64,000 nt of DNA from Mobula hypostoma (GCF_963921235.1 NC_086097.1:15190001-15254000), one strand, 5' to 3'; positions 50,025 to 64,000 are shown, counted from the stretch's first letter. Notes: generated by a model not told the origin, from the letters alone. A program made the numbers and translations.

Positions 50025-50900
50025 CAAGATGTTATGTTGAAGCAATATATGATGTTGCTGAGGCCTAATTGGGAGCATTGTGTACAGTTCTGGTTGGCTA
50101 CCTACAGGAAAGATATCAATAAGATTGAAAGATTTCATAAATAATTGACAAGGATGTTGCTGGGACTTGAGGACCTGAGCTATAGCGAAAGGTTAAATAG
50201 GTTAGGACTTTTAGAGTGTAGGAGAATGAGGGGAGGTTTGACAGAGGTATGCAATATTTTGAGAGCTTAGATAAGGTAAATGCAAGCAGGCTTCCCGAAC
50301 TGAGGTTGGGTGAGGCTAGAACTAGAGGTCATAGGTTAGGAGTGAAAGGTGAAATATTTAAGAGGAACTTCTTCACTCTGAGGATGGTGCGAGTGTGGAA
50401 TGAGCAGCTAGTGAGCCAGTGGAAGTGGCGGATGTGGAGTTTGATTTCAGCATTTAAGGGAAGCTTGGATTAGTACAAGGATGGGGTGGGTGTGGGTAAG
50501 GATGGGGTGGGTGGGGGTATGAGATGGCTGTGCTTCAGGTGCAGGTGAACCGGACTAGGCAGATGAGGTGGTACGGTAACATGGTGGTTAGCACAACACT
50601 TTACACTACTTCAGACCTGGGTTCAATTCCCACCACTGCCTGTAAGGAGTCTGTACGTTCTCCCTGTGATCGCCTGATTTCCTCCAGGTGCTCTGGTTTC
50701 CTCCCATAGTCCAAAGACATACCAGTTAGTAGGTTAGTTGGTTATTGTAAATAGTCCCAACATTAGATTAGGATTAAATCGGGGGATAGCAGGGCGACAC
50801 AGCTTGGCCCTCACTGTATCTCAACAAATTAGAAACAATTTGGCAAGGACTAGATGGGCCGAAGGACTTGCCTCCGTGCTGTAGAGCTCCATGATTCTAT
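50025..50900 (+). mobile_element. Degenerate CR1 3' fragment with a SINE (about 50565-50835) inserted in its 3' UTR
   Basis: CR1 motifs (RTRGHRLGVKGEIF), a SINE head at about 50570, and CR1 UTR resuming at about 50838. Confidence 0.8.
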
Positions 50901-51124
50901 GAATCAATGGACTGCATGTGTACTTTTAAAAACAGAGATTTTAAAACCTATTCAAAGCACTGAACAGAAAATTCCCAAAACCTTAAACACAAGAGATTCT
51001 GCAGATACTGGAAATCCAACGTCCAACACAAACAAAATCTGGAGGCACTCAGCAGATCAAAAGTTCTTGATGATATTTGCACTTTGGCCTCAGTGCCAGA
51101 AGTATGAGTGAAATAAATATAGTA

Positions 51125-52705
51125 CAGGTGTCCCCAGCTTTTCGAACGTTCGCTTTACGAAATCTCACTGTTACGAAAGACCTACATTAGTACCCTGTTT
51201 TCGCTAACAGAAGGTGTTTTCACTGTTACGAAAAAAATCAACGTGCATAAAAGGCAGCGCATGCCCCGAGCAGCTGCTCTCCCCCGGATTCGGAACAGCA
51301 TTGCTTTAACATGTGCCTGTGAGCAGCCGTTTGCAAGATGAGTTCTGAGGTATTGGAAAAGCCTAAAGGAGCTTGTAAGGGTGTTACACTTAGCGTAAAA
51401 CTAGACATAATTAAGCGTTTCGATCTTGGTGAACGAAGTAAGGACAACGTGAGTTTGGCTTGTGGAAGCTGACGAAGATGATGTTGAAGAGGTTTTGGCA
51501 TCCCATGACCAAGAGCTGATAGATGAAGAGCTGATGCAATTGGAAGAGGAAAGGATAACAATCGAAACCGAATGCAGTAGCGAAATGAATGTGAAGCAAC
51601 TGCGTGAGATTTTCGCTGCAATGATAAAAGTACGACTTTAATTTTGAAAGGGTACGTAGGTTTAGGGGATATTTGCAGGATGGTTTGAGTGCTTACAAAG
51701 AACTGTATTATAGAAAAATGCGCAAGGCTCAACAGTCAAGCAAGCCTTCCACAGCAACCACAGCAGACGACGAACTTCGACCTTCGACATCGAGGCGGGC
51801 AGTCATAGGAGAAGATGAGCTGCCTGCTCTAATGGAAACAGACAATGATGAGATGACAACCCAGTGTCCCACCACCCCAACCCCCGGGCCACGGACAGAT
51901 ACCGATTTGTGGAGAATGCAGCGGTAGCCAGGAGGCACACAGCACATCTTTAAGAAAAAAGCCGAAATAAACATGCTAATTAATTAGGTGCCGCCCAACA
52001 GGTAAATGTCGGCCCAGATCAGAGGCAATGCAATCAGCAATCGGCACTGATCTGGGCCGACGATTACGTGTCGGGCGGCATGTAATTAATTAGCATGTTT
52101 ATTTCGGCTTTTTTCTTAAAGATGTGCTGTGTGCCTTCCAGCTACCGCTGGACCCCTGCATGCTTCATGGCAATGTATCGGTCGGCGGCCTGGAGGGTGG
52201 GGGCCACTGCACCACCCCAGCCTGCGACGACTCAGTCTAACACACCATGATTAATGTGCTCTGCGCTGTCTTCCCAATTCCAGAAAGTGATACCACACTG
52301 TACATATATTATTTCTACTTTATATAGGCTGTGTATTTTTATGTGTTATTTGGTATGATTTGGCAGCTTCATAGCTTAAAGGTTACTGGAGAGAGTGTTT
52401 TTGCCAACAGCGCTTGCGTGAGATTTTCACTTCGGTGAACAGTGCCGGCAATGATTGTGGAAAAGTGTTTCTACTTTATATAGGCTGTGTATTTATCATA
52501 TTATTCCTGCTTTTACTATATGTTACTACTGTTATTTTAGGTTTTATGTGTTATTTGGCATGATTTGTAGGTTATTTTTGGGCCTGCGAACGCTCACAAA
52601 ATTTCCCCATATAAATAAATGGTAATTGCTTCTTCGCTTTACGCCATTTCGGCTTATGAACTGTTTCATAGGAACGCTTTACCGTCGGATGGCGGGGGAA
52701 ACCTG
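51125..52705 (+). mobile_element. Internally deleted Tigger/pogo DNA transposon, copy 2
   Basis: TA|CAGGTGTCCCC...GGGGGAAACCTG|TA; colinear with 42453-44097. Confidence 0.9.
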
Positions 52706-53240
52706 TACAGAGGAAACTCTGTCCAGGATCTTCCCACATTTCATCTCTGTGGTGCTCAAGGTTCAAAAGCAAAAGAAAACATACAAAACTAGTTTATTAC
52801 ATCCTTTTCTTTGTTATCTGTCTTCATTTATTTCTCTATCAAAGAGCCTTTGGCTCAACTACTGTGCTGCAGCCATTTGATTTCTGTCACCAATTGATCA
52901 ATGTAAAACCCATTTCAAAATCACTTGTCCACAAACTACATAAAGTCTGCAGCTGAAATGCTAGAAGGAGAAGATGTTTCGAAGATAGATGGAGTGAACT
53001 TTTTTGTATCACAAATTGTTGTGTTGTCCGATAATGTATATCAATAAATGTTCTCAAAATTTGGGATTGTCAAACAAGTTTAAATTTTGTTACTAAAGCA
53101 AAAAGGAGATAAAACACTTCAAGCAACACAGATCAAAGTTGCTGGTGAACGCAGCAGGCCAGGCAGCATCTCTAGGAAGAGGTACAGTTGATGTTTCAGG
53201 CCGACACACAGTTCAGCTCAGAGAGTGAAAGACAAGACAA

Positions 53241-53246
<6 letters not shown>

Positions 53247-53307
<61 letters not shown>

Positions 53308-53610
53308 TACACACAACCAAACACACTAACATAACATCTCACACACACATACACAGACACAAATACACACAAACACACGAACATATTTCACACACAAAAC
53401 ACATGCAACCAAAATATCACACACGCACAGATACACACAACCAAGCACACAAACACAACATCACACACACAAATATAGACAGACACAAATTACACATAAC
53501 CAAACACACAGACATAATATTTCACACAAACACATTATCACACACATGCATAAGTATACACAGACACACACAACCAAACACACAAATACAATATCTCACA
53601 CACACACCAT
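53247..53610. repeat. (CA)n microsatellite and degenerate CA-rich tract
   Basis: Pure CA run at about 53247-53304, then degenerate. Confidence 0.9.
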
Positions 53611-53854
53611 GTCCTTTTCTCATTAACTTGCAGTATAATTCCTTTTCAATCCACTATGACATTGGCCTTTGTTTTCAGTAAATGATTTACCAGCACTACT
53701 CAATACTCACTGAATACTAGTTGCTGCCACCAGGTAGAAGGTACAAGAGCCTCAGCACTCGTGCCACCAGGTTCAAGAACAGGTACTACCCTAAAACCAT
53801 CAGGCCCTTGAATAAAAGGGGATAACTGCAATTCCTTGCCCCCTCATTGAAATC

Positions 53855-54287
53855 CGAGGGGTGATTGATAAGTTTGTGGCCTGAGATAGAAGGAGTCAAT
53901 TTTAGAAAACCTAGCACATTTATTTTTCAACATAGTCCCCTCCTATATTTACACACTTAGTCCAGCAGTCGTGGAGCATACGGATCTTGGACCTCCAGAA
54001 AGTGTCCACAGCAGGGGTGGCCTAAGGTAGAAGGAGATAAGTTATTAACTTCAAACTTTCTGCATAATCACTCAAAGAGTTGAACTGCATGTGCATGTAA
54101 AGAGAGCTGTATAATTCATCTTCTTCTGCCTTAGGCCACGAACGTATCAATCACTCCTGCTGTGGACAATTTCTGGAGGTCCAAGATCCGTATGCTCCAC
54201 AACCACTGGACTAAGTGTGTAAATGTGCTAGGTTTTCTAAAATTGACTCCTTCTACCTTAAGCCACGAAGTTATCAATCACCCCTCA
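53855..54287. mobile_element. Mariner-type palindromic MITE inserted in a Rex-Babar 3' UTR (53710-54540)
   Basis: CGAGGGGTGATTGATAAGTT...TTATCAATCACCCCTCA|TA termini and long inverted arms. Confidence 0.85.
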
Positions 54288-56424
54288 TATTCCTACAACC
54301 AATAATCTCAGTTAAGGACTCTTTATCTCATTATCTCATGTTCTTGTTATTTATTGCTATTTATTTATATTTGCATTTGCACAGTTTGCTGTCTCCTGCA
54401 TTCTGGTTGATCTTCCATTGATCCTGTTACAGTTACTATTCTATAGGTTTTCTAAGTATGCCCACAGGAAAATGAGGGCTGTATACGATGACATATATGT
54501 TCCTTGATACTGTAATACAATTTACTTTGAACCTTGAACCTCATGGTATGCTACAGGCCAGTGCAATGAGTTTATTACTCCCAGTTCATGCCTTAGTTCA
54601 CTCTGTACTCCTCCCGTCTGCCCATTAACCTGACCTGAAATTCCAGTCCTCTATTTTCTAATCATTAGCCCAACTCTATCTAGGCTGTGGCATTTGTCCT
54701 CAAATCCAATAAGCTCTTACCTTTGGGATGGCTTTAAAGACAATGCACGGATGTTAGTCTCTTTCTTTCTCATTCCCTCTCCTTTCTTTCTCTCGTTCTC
54801 TTTCTTTCACTCTTTCTTTGACTTTCTATCTTTCTCTCTCACACTCTCCGTTTCTTTCAACATGCTCCCCACCCTGCAAATTGGTTGCCGGGGGTTCTAT
54901 TTGCATTTATTTGTTCACAGGATATGGGTATGTTGTCAAGACCAATATTTATTTCCCAAGTCTGACTCCCCTCATCTGATAACAGGGTAATTATGAGGCA
55001 ACCACATTACCACCTGACCTGGTCTACATGTGACTTCAGACCTCACAATACAGTAATGCTTGATCCTGAGAGCAAATAAGCACAGACAAAGAATATTGCC
55101 ATTGCAGTGAAGTCCATATTCCAAAAACAAATGAAAATGGGGGTTTCAGAGCAATGCAGCAGTTTCCTGTGCGTTACTCCTGATAGCTTTCTGTTTACTT
55201 TGACTGCATTTCATTACCTTTATTTAAATTTCCCAGCTGCCCTAGTGAGGTTCAAACTCATGCCTCGTCAGCGATGGTCCAAGCCTCTGGAAGCTCATTC
55301 AGCAGCTTAACCATTGTATTTTTGTTCTGTTTGTGTTAAAGCTCAGCATCAGGTTACAGCGCAAGTAGTTAATGTAAAACGAGCACCGACGAACAAGACT
55401 ATAATAATTCGCTCCTAAAATTTCGCCCTATTTAGGCCTTTGGCAGAGGTCATTAATGGCTTTGGAAAAGTTTCTGGCCATTGTCAATGTGTCCAAGTCA
55501 TATCATCCTCTGACACTGCCCGTAATACTGGCTGAAGTGCCCTAACACTACACTGTGAATATTACTTCCTTCCTGTTGCAGTCAAGGTCAGAGTGCAAAC
55601 AGATTAAGTCACTATATCTCTTTGTCTGTCTGTCAGGTGATTGACAGACATGTGAGAGAAAGATGAAATCTACACCGACCAGCGGCATTGAAGCAAGAAG
55701 CCATAATCCGTGCTAACTGTGGCAAGTTATTGTGCCAATATCCCTGGAATGGTTTCAAATGTCCGCTGCAGGCAATTCTGCCAACATCTCCCACTCAGTC
55801 GGCACAAAGAAACAATCGTGGCAAAATAACAGGAATTTTTTTAAAAGGAGGATATTGATTACTTTGTTTTTTTTCAAAGATCTTTCCAAGTGATAAATTG
55901 TTGGCAAGATTAACAAGAAGGGTGCCAGGACTGGAAGAAGAAATAAAAATAAAAATATATAGCGCAAAAAAAGAGAGCAAATTGGGAGGTAGTACTCATG
56001 GGTTCAAGGATTGTTCAGAAACTAGAGGGGAGGCGAGGAGAGGAAAATAGGCCCTTCTTGTTCACCTTGTTGTGGTGTCTCATGATCTTATACATCTCCC
56101 CTGTTCCAAAGAAGGCAACTTCAGTCTCAGCAGTTGCACCCCATAACTGTAAATGCTTCGGTTATGACTACAGTATATCCTCATTAAGTTCTCTCCGGCA
56201 CCCTCTGCATTGCTGCCACATCTTTCCTGGTGTCCAAAACGGCACCCAACACATTTATGTATCTTTGCTACTACACCATTGACTCTGGGTAAGTATGTTC
56301 ACTTTACTAATCTATTCTTCAAAATGAATGAATAGCAACATGCAAATTGGCCAGAATGTGTTTTGTCAGCCTTCCTCGACATATGAAATCATGCTAACAA
56401 AACAGTTCCTGGGAATACATCCCT

Positions 56425-56762
56425 TTGAGTCGTAGAGTCATGGAGCTATACAGCACAGGACAGGACTTTTGGCTCACCTGGTCTGTGCCTAGTCTCATCA
56501 ACCTGCACCAAGACCACAGCCCTCTCAGCCATGAACTTATCCAAACTTCTCTTAAAAGTTGAAATTGTACACCCGCATCCACCTCTTCCGCTGGCAGACT
56601 GTTCCACAATCGCACCAACCGGAGTGAAGAAGCACCCCCTCATATTCCCCTTAAACACCTCACCTTCCATCCTTAACCCCTGACCTCAGGTTCTAGTCTC
56701 ACCCAACCTCAGTGGAAAAGCCTGCTTGTATTTACCTATCTATAGCCTCATAATTTTGTACA
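56425..56762 (-). mobile_element. CR1 3' fragment
   Basis: EGEVFKGNMRGCFFT and VRLWNSLPAEEVDAG; CR1 UTR. Confidence 0.85.
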
Positions 56763-58956
56763 GTTTGAAGAAGGGCTTTTCTCAGGCTTTCATTACCACA
56801 ATGCTCGTCATGTTCATGCTACAGTTCGGAGGACCTTGCTGTGGGCAAACTGGCTGTAATCCTCCTTTCATTACAAACACTTCAAAAAAGTAGTGTTTAA
56901 TTAGCTGTGAACTGAGCTGAAGCAGGCAGCCGGAGGAAGTGGCAGGAGATCAGTGAAAGAGAGTCTTTCATTCCTTTAACAAGTTTGTAATGCATTTCAG
57001 TCAGTTTGACAGACAAGTTGGACTCTTACAAAACCTGTTTTTCTAAACCTATTTTCCATCTGCGTGTTCCATCGTGAAGATTGTCACAAAAATTAATGAT
57101 TGCGTCACACCCACAAACTAGGAAAACTATTGAACTGTGAGAGAGAGGGAGATTAGATAAAGGTGTTTCCTCACCAGTGGAAGGCAAAGGCAATGTCACT
57201 TGAAAGTCCTGTGACATTTACTACTGGCCTTTACGGGGAATTAGTACCTTTACGGCTTTTATTGAAGAGCATTTGGGCCTTTACTATTAGACTAAGAGGT
57301 GACTGTAGAAGAATAAGAGGTGATCTTATAAAAGCAGTTAGTTTTCAGAGGGTCTAAATAGGGTAGATGTGAATATGTTCTTCCTCATGGGGGAGTCGAG
57401 ATCCAGGAGGCACATTTCCAGTATATGCGGTCACCTAATTACAATTGAGATGAGGAGATTTTTTCCCCCAGAGTGTCGGAATTCTCTGGTTCACAGTGAG
57501 GAGGGGGTCACGTCAAGGTTGAGGTGAATTTCGATTTTTGGACTGTGGTGATGGTGATAGTGTTAATCCTGCCAAGTGACAACGCAGGCTCAAAGTGCCA
57601 TATTACAAACATTTGGTCCTGTCTCTTAACATCCATACCATAATAATCACAAACATGAGAAAGTCAACAGATGCTGGAAATCCAGAGCAACACACACAAA
57701 ATGCCGGAGGAACTTAGCAGGTCAGGCAACATCCCTGAAAACAGTCTGAACAAAGCTCTCAGCCCGAAACATTGACTAATTATTCACTTCCATAGATGTT
57801 ACCTGACCTGCTGAGTGCTATAATAATGTTGGATGTCACCCAGTGCACTGTTGAATGTACTTTTATAAGCCTGGCTCTCCATGAGCGGAGAAGGGAAGAC
57901 GAAATCGAATGCTGATCGTTCGTTGCTGCCTTGCCCTGGGAACAAGCCAAGCTCACTTTTCAATTTCAGTTTACAGATGCAAAATAATCTTTTCAACTAT
58001 GCAGTTAATAATCATATTAAGCACACTATGCAACTCTTTGAAAGCAACTTGGCTCCTCTTACACCCAACAACATTGAGCACTTTTCTGCGTAGGATAAGT
58101 TCAAGGGTATCAAACAAAGCAACCCAGGCAACCTAACAGAGGAATGTTTGGTTTACGCTACTCATTAACAGTTGGATTAGCCACCACTTTAATGTCAGCT
58201 AGACTTTGTACAGTACCAATCACAATGAATAACACCCTTGCCCAAGATTTACTTGTCAACATACTTTTTGAAAATGCACACATTAACTCTTTTCACACTC
58301 CTTGGAATGCTGGAAAATTTATCAGTGTGCCTATACGCTGCAAATCAAAATGAAGATTAAAAGCTCTTGCTGAATACATGAAGTCAACACTACTAAAACT
58401 TTCCACTTGACATAAATATAAATATTTAACTATGTTTTAATGATAAGTCTATATTGCCTAACTATGAAATGTGGGTTATAAAGATAAGTATCTCGAACAA
58501 CACAGTGATCATAAGGTGAAGAAATCCAGAGCCAAGTCCAGGCTTATCCATGATTAGTTCTCCACCCTTCTGCTCCACTGTATCAAACATCTTTGATGCA
58601 ATTCTAGCAGCTCAAATGCTCATAGACAGTGGGCAATGCCTGGCGAAAGCAGAAGGCTCATTCTCCAATTTGTACTGACAAGCAAATCTCATTCCTTGCA
58701 GTTGGTCTCAGTATTATACAGTCATAGAAAAGTACAGCACAGAAACAGGCCTTTTAGCCCATCTGGTCTATGCCAAACCATTTAAACTGCCTGCTCCCGG
58801 GCCTTTGTTCATGGGATAGAGTATTTGGTAGGTGTAGGGGGATCAGATGTGGTGGTGGGAGGGGGGGGAAGGGGGAGCAATTATACTACTGGCAGGGAAG
58901 AGGAGTCTCTTGGGATTCTTGAGCCTGGTTCCTATCCAGTGACCTCTGCCCTGATA

Positions 58957-59460
58957 GGCCATAAGATACGGGAGCAGAATTCGGCCATTCAGCCTATTGA
59001 GTCTGCTTTGCCATTCCATCACAGCCGATTTATGATATACCCAATAGTTTGGCCTCCAAAGCCAGCTGCGGCAAAGAATTCCACAGATTCACCACCCTCT
59101 GGATGAAGAAATTCCTCCTCATCTCTGTTCGAGAGGGGCATCCTTCTATTCTGAGGCCGTGCCCACTGGTTTGAGACAACCGCACGATCGAAAACATCCC
59201 ACAGAAAATCTACAGATGCTGGAAATCCGAACAACACACTTAAAATGCTGGAGGAACTCAGCAGGCCAAGCAGCATCTACAGAAAAAAATTACAGTCGAC
59301 ACTTCAGGCCGAAATCCTTTGGCAGGACCACACCCTCGCCGCATCCACTCTGTATAGGCCTTTCAATATTTGATAGGCTTCAGTAAGATTATTCCCCCAC
59401 CCTTTCTAAAATCCAGCAAACAGAAGCCCTGAACCATCAAACACTCTTCATGCATTAATC
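58957..59460 (-). mobile_element. CR1 3' fragment with a Penelope-derived repeat inserted (about 59200-59330)
   Basis: Homologous to 11760-12190, interrupted by the GATGCTGGAAATCC...GAGGAACTCAGCAGG unit. Confidence 0.75.
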
Positions 59461-59679
59461 TCTTTTTTTCCTGCCCCAGCATTTTGGGCTCTTGTTTATG
59501 GGTTTGGGTGGTTGGTAGGTATAGGGTGGGATGTGGGGGAGTGGGGTTTGGGGAAGGAGGAACTAGTTATATGAGTGATAGGAAAGGGGTGAGTCTCCTG
59601 AATTCCTGAACTTGGTCCCTACCCAGTGATCTCTGTCTTGATAGTTCAGATATTTATGTACTGCTGCCGCAATAAAACA

Positions 59680-60187
59680 AACTTCATCTCCTCTTGTGCC
59701 AAGATGAAGCCACCCTCAGTGTGGAGGAGCAACACCTTATATTCCATCTGGGTGGCCTCCAACTTGATGGCAGGAATATCGATTTCTCCTCCTGGTACAC
59801 AAATTCCTCCTTCCTTCCTTCCTCTAATCCCCACTCTGATCTTTTACTTCTTATCAACAGCCTGTTACTTCCCCCGGAACTCCTCCTCCTTCCCATTCAT
59901 CTATTGTCCACTCTTGACTCATTTCAGATTTTTTCTTCTCCAGTACTTGACCTTTCCCACCCACCTGGCTTCATCCATCACCTTCCAGCTAGCCCCTTTA
60001 CCCCCCCCCCAATACATTTTTTTATTCTGGCATCTTCCCCCTTCCTCCTCAGACCCAAAGAAGGGTCTTGACCCTAAACATTGACTGTTCATGCATTTCC
60101 ATAGATGCTGTTGACCTGCTGATTTCCTTCAGCATTTTGTGTGTATTGCCTTGGATTTCCAGCATCTGCAGGCTCTCCTGTGTTTAT
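59680..60187 (+). mobile_element. Penelope-like 3' end with terminal repeat
   Basis: CQDEATLSVEEQHLIFHLGGLQLDGRNIDFS followed by the pyrimidine tract and terminal-repeat unit. Confidence 0.85.
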
Positions 60188-61159
60188 TCATGTCTACAAG
60201 TCAGAGATAATGGCTTTGCTTCTGAATCTTACATGTTTATATGAAAATCTCTGGATGTGTGATGCACCTCATGAAAAAATAGCCTATTGACATTCTTCAA
60301 CCAGGCTCACTGTGAAGATAGTGCAGTTTGGAGCCAGGAACCCAGAGGACAGAAAACAAACAAACTGAAAGGAGCAAATGTTTGTTTGTCAACGTCTATC
60401 AAGTGGTTAGGCATGCTTTATATTCCTGGAATTTGCATAATTAGCAACAAAACAGATGTCTTGTAGCATATTCATTTTCAAATGTGAGGACAAGGATGTG
60501 ATTTGCGCTGCATGCCTCGAAAGTTTATCTGTTTTCCAGAGGTAGAGCTTGCACAGTGCAAAGTCTTTCTCAGTAGGCAGGGACTGATGTGTAAGCATCC
60601 TGTGCAAGGCCTGGTTTTACATGCTGTGGGTGTCCTTGCAAGCCACAGAGATCCTTTCAAGATTGCTATAAATGCCATAAAGATACAGCTTGAAGACAAG
60701 CACTCCGGAGAGACTACTAAGCACACTCTATTTCCAAGTTATAGAAAGCAAACTTTTGGTCTGTGAATACACACAATGACATTCAAAGGGAGGAGACGAT
60801 TTAAAATTTGATGAACCAAAGTACAGGCTGTCGTGCAGTGAGAAGAATATTAGTGAAACAGAGGAAATGAATGTACTAAATTAATCTGCAGGATGATGGG
60901 ATGAGGCTGAATAATAGTCTAGCATGGACTAGATGGGCTGAAGGGTCTGTTTCTGCGCTGTCGTGCTCTATGATTCTGTGAGGGAGGAGGCCAGCAAGAG
61001 CTGAGCAGAGTGAAGGGTGGAGATGAGATTGTAGCTTCCAAGGACAGGAAGCTTATCATCTGGCCAGTTTCCATTCCCCTATCACTCTTATGGCAAAGAT
61101 CCAAATGGTTATATTAATGAAATACAGTTCCAAGCTTCTCTGCCGAACAGCCAAGCCTG

Positions 61160-61527
61160 TACAGCATGGGAGCAGGCCATTTGGCCCACAATGTTGTTCC
61201 AAGCCAGCTGAAAAGTTAAAAAAAACTCAAAAACTAATCCCTTCTACCTACTCAATGTCCATATCTCTCCCTCTTCCTCATATTCATGCGCCTATCTAAA
61301 CATCTCTTGAAAACCTCTAATGTACTTGCCTCTACCCCCATACCAGGCAATGCATTCCAGGCATCCACCAGTCTGAGTAAAAACCTTACCCCTCACATCC
61401 CCTTTGAACCTACCCCCCTCTCACCTTCAATTCATGCCCTTTGGTATTAGACATTTCCACCCTGGGAAAAAGATATTCTCTGTCCACCCTATCTATGCCA
61501 GTCCTAATCTTACAAACCTCCATCAGA
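61160..61527 (-). mobile_element. CR1 3' fragment
   Basis: Homologous to 26830-27110. Confidence 0.75.
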
Positions 61528-61699
61528 TCAAAGTAAATTTATTATCGAAGTACTTAAATGTCATCATATTCTACCCTGAGATTCATTTTCTTGCAGTCAT
61601 TCAGTGTACAGCAAAGAAATGCAATACTATCAATGGAAAACTGCACACGAAGACTGACAAACAACTAATGTACAAAATAAGACAATCCTACAACTACCA

Positions 61700-62485
61700 C
61701 TGTGAGGCGTTGCACTTCGGTCGGACCAACCAGGGTAGGTCTTACACAGATGGCACTGAGAAGGGCAGTGGAACGAAGGGATCAAGGAATGTGGGTCCAT
61801 TATTCAATGAAAGTGGCATCACAGGTCGATAGGTTCATAAAGAAAGCTTTTGGCATATTGGCCTTCATAAATCAAAGTATTGAGTACAGGAGATGTGATG
61901 TTATGTTGAAGTTGTGTAAGACATTGGTGAGGCCTAATTTGGAGTATTTTTGTGCAGTTTTGGTCACCTACCTACAGGAAAGATGGAAGTAAGGTTGAAG
62001 GAGTACAAAGAAAATTTGCAAGCAAGTTGCTGGGTCTGGAGGGTCTGAGTTGTAAGGAAAGATTGAATAGGTTAAAACTTTATTCTCAAACATCAAAGAC
62101 GGAAAGGAGATTTGGCAGAGGTATACAAAATTGTGAGGGGTATAGGTAGGGTAAATGCAAGCAGGCTTTTTCCACTGAGGTTGCATGATACTACATCCAG
62201 AGGTTAAGGATGAAAGGTGAAACGTTTAAGGGGAACATGAGGGGATACTTTTTGACTCAGAGGGTCGTGAGAGTGTGGAACATGCTGCCAGTGCAAGGGG
62301 TGCATGCAAGCTCGATTCTTTCAACGTTTAAGAGAAGTTTGGATAGATGCATGGATGGTAAGGTATGGAGAGCTATGCTCACGGTGCAGGTCGATGGAAA
62401 AAGGCAGTTTAAATAGCTTGGCATGGACTAGATGGGCCGAAAGGACTGTTTCTGTGCTGTACTTTTCTGTGATGCTATGACTCTA
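61700..62485 (+). mobile_element. Degenerate CR1 fragment
   Basis: CEALHFGRTNQGRSYT, KVASQVDRFIKKAFGILAFINQSIEY; CR1 UTR. Confidence 0.9.
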
Positions 62486-63581
62486 CATCCAAAAAACAAA
62501 TGCACATAAATAAATAGACAGACAGATAAATAAACAAATAATACTGAGAACATGAGTTGTAGAGTCCTTGAAAGTAAGTCCACAGGTTGTGGAATCAGTT
62601 CAGTGTTGAGATTAAATGATGTTGATGATCCTACTGCTCAATAAATTTTGCATTCTCCTTTCCTCTGTGTACACTTGAACACACCTAAAAGTCGGCTGTC
62701 CCAACACTGACTCACTCCAGTTTCCATTCACCCATCACTCTTAAGGTTCCCCATTCAACCTCCGATCTGCCGGCCTCTGCCAATCAAGTCTATCCAGTTC
62801 CTGTTTACGTCATCAACATTGGCTCTGCCCCAATTTGAAAGATAAAGATCTTAAAGATTGCCATTATTTGTCACGTGTACTGTACATCGACACATTGAAA
62901 CACACAGCGAAATGCATCACCTGTGTCAACGAGCAACACCGTTCGAGGATATGCCGGGAACAACCTGCAAGTGGCACCATGCTTCCAGCGCCAACGTGGC
63001 ACACCTGCACCCACACCCATAATCCGTACAGTTCTGAGTTGTGGAAGGAGACCGCAGCACCCAGAGGAAACCCACAAAGTCACTAACTTGTCAACTAACC
63101 CTATCTCTTTTCATAATCAATTTAAAAGTAATAGAATTACGTTCACTGAACCAAAGTGCTCTCCCACTGACACTTCAGCCTGTTGCCCAGTCTCAGGTCC
63201 CAAAAGGAGGTCGATTGTTGCCCTCTCTCTATAGAATCAGCTTGAGAAAACTTTTTAGATACATATGAACCCTGCTCCATCTAATTCCTTAGCACCATTA
63301 CAATCCCAGTCAATATTAGTGAAATTAAAAAACAATTACTATTATAGAACTATTACTGGTACACCTGTCCACAATCTCCCTCTCTTTTTGCTCTTCTAGC
63401 TCCCATTGATTATCACAGGTTGCTGCAGAATCTTTAAATGATAATCTGCGCTCATGCTCTTTGCTGTCTGCCTAATCCCTTTCTGTCTTGTTTTTCATAC
63501 TGTTCAATATTCCCTGTTAGAAAGCAACAACAATCTACAGTACTGCACAAAAGTCTTTGGTACATGTATATAGCTTAGGAG

Positions 63582-64000
63582 ACATAGAAACATAGAAAAT
63601 CTACGGCACAATACAGGCCCTTCGGCTCACAAAGCTGTGCCAAACATGTCCTCACCTGAGAAATTACCTAGGGTTACTCATAGCCCTCTATTTTTCTGAG
63701 CTCCAGGAGTCTCTTAAAAGACCCTATCGTATCCACCTCCACGATTGTCGCTGGCAGCCCACTCCACGCACTCACCACTCTCTGCGTAAAAAAATTACCC
63801 CTGATATCTCCTCTGTACCTACTTCCAGCACCTTAAAACGGTGCCCTCTCATGCTAGCTATTTCAACCCAGGGAAAAAGCCTCTGACTATCCACACAATC
63901 AATGTCTCTCATCATCTTATACACCTCTATCAGGTCACCTCTCATCCTCCCTCACTCCAAGGAAAAAGGGCTGAGTTCACTCAACCCATTCTCATAAGGC
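63582..64000 (-). mobile_element. CR1 3' fragment running off the window
   Basis: (CATAGAAA)n tail on the plus strand; homologous to 26830-27175. Confidence 0.9.

Overview
Repeat-dense eukaryotic nuclear DNA. The repeat mix (CR1/HER1-like LINEs, HE1/V-SINE-like SINEs, Rex-Babar LINEs, Penelope-derived repeats) points by inference to a cartilaginous fish, probably a ray. Most of the window is transposon-derived: many CR1 fragments, including a young 5'-truncated copy with an open 749-aa ORF2, plus Rex-Babar, RTE, R4/Dong and Tx1 fragments, two internally deleted Tigger/pogo elements, mariner and hAT MITEs, and a probable solo LTR. The window looks largely intronic to a minus-strand host gene that I could not name: one well-supported 77-nt coiled-coil exon (25013-25089), a candidate last exon (1200-1237) and candidate microexons. 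Most notable: a decayed 28S rRNA fragment abutting a CR1 tail, a TSD-flanked palindromic mini-Penelope with two back-to-back hammerhead-like motifs, many further hammerhead-like cores, a long internal hairpin shared by both Tigger copies, and a four-layer nested insertion. Almost all ORFs in the supplied track are spurious or repeat-derived. All calls are by eye, and repeat boundaries are approximate unless TSDs or TIRs are quoted.
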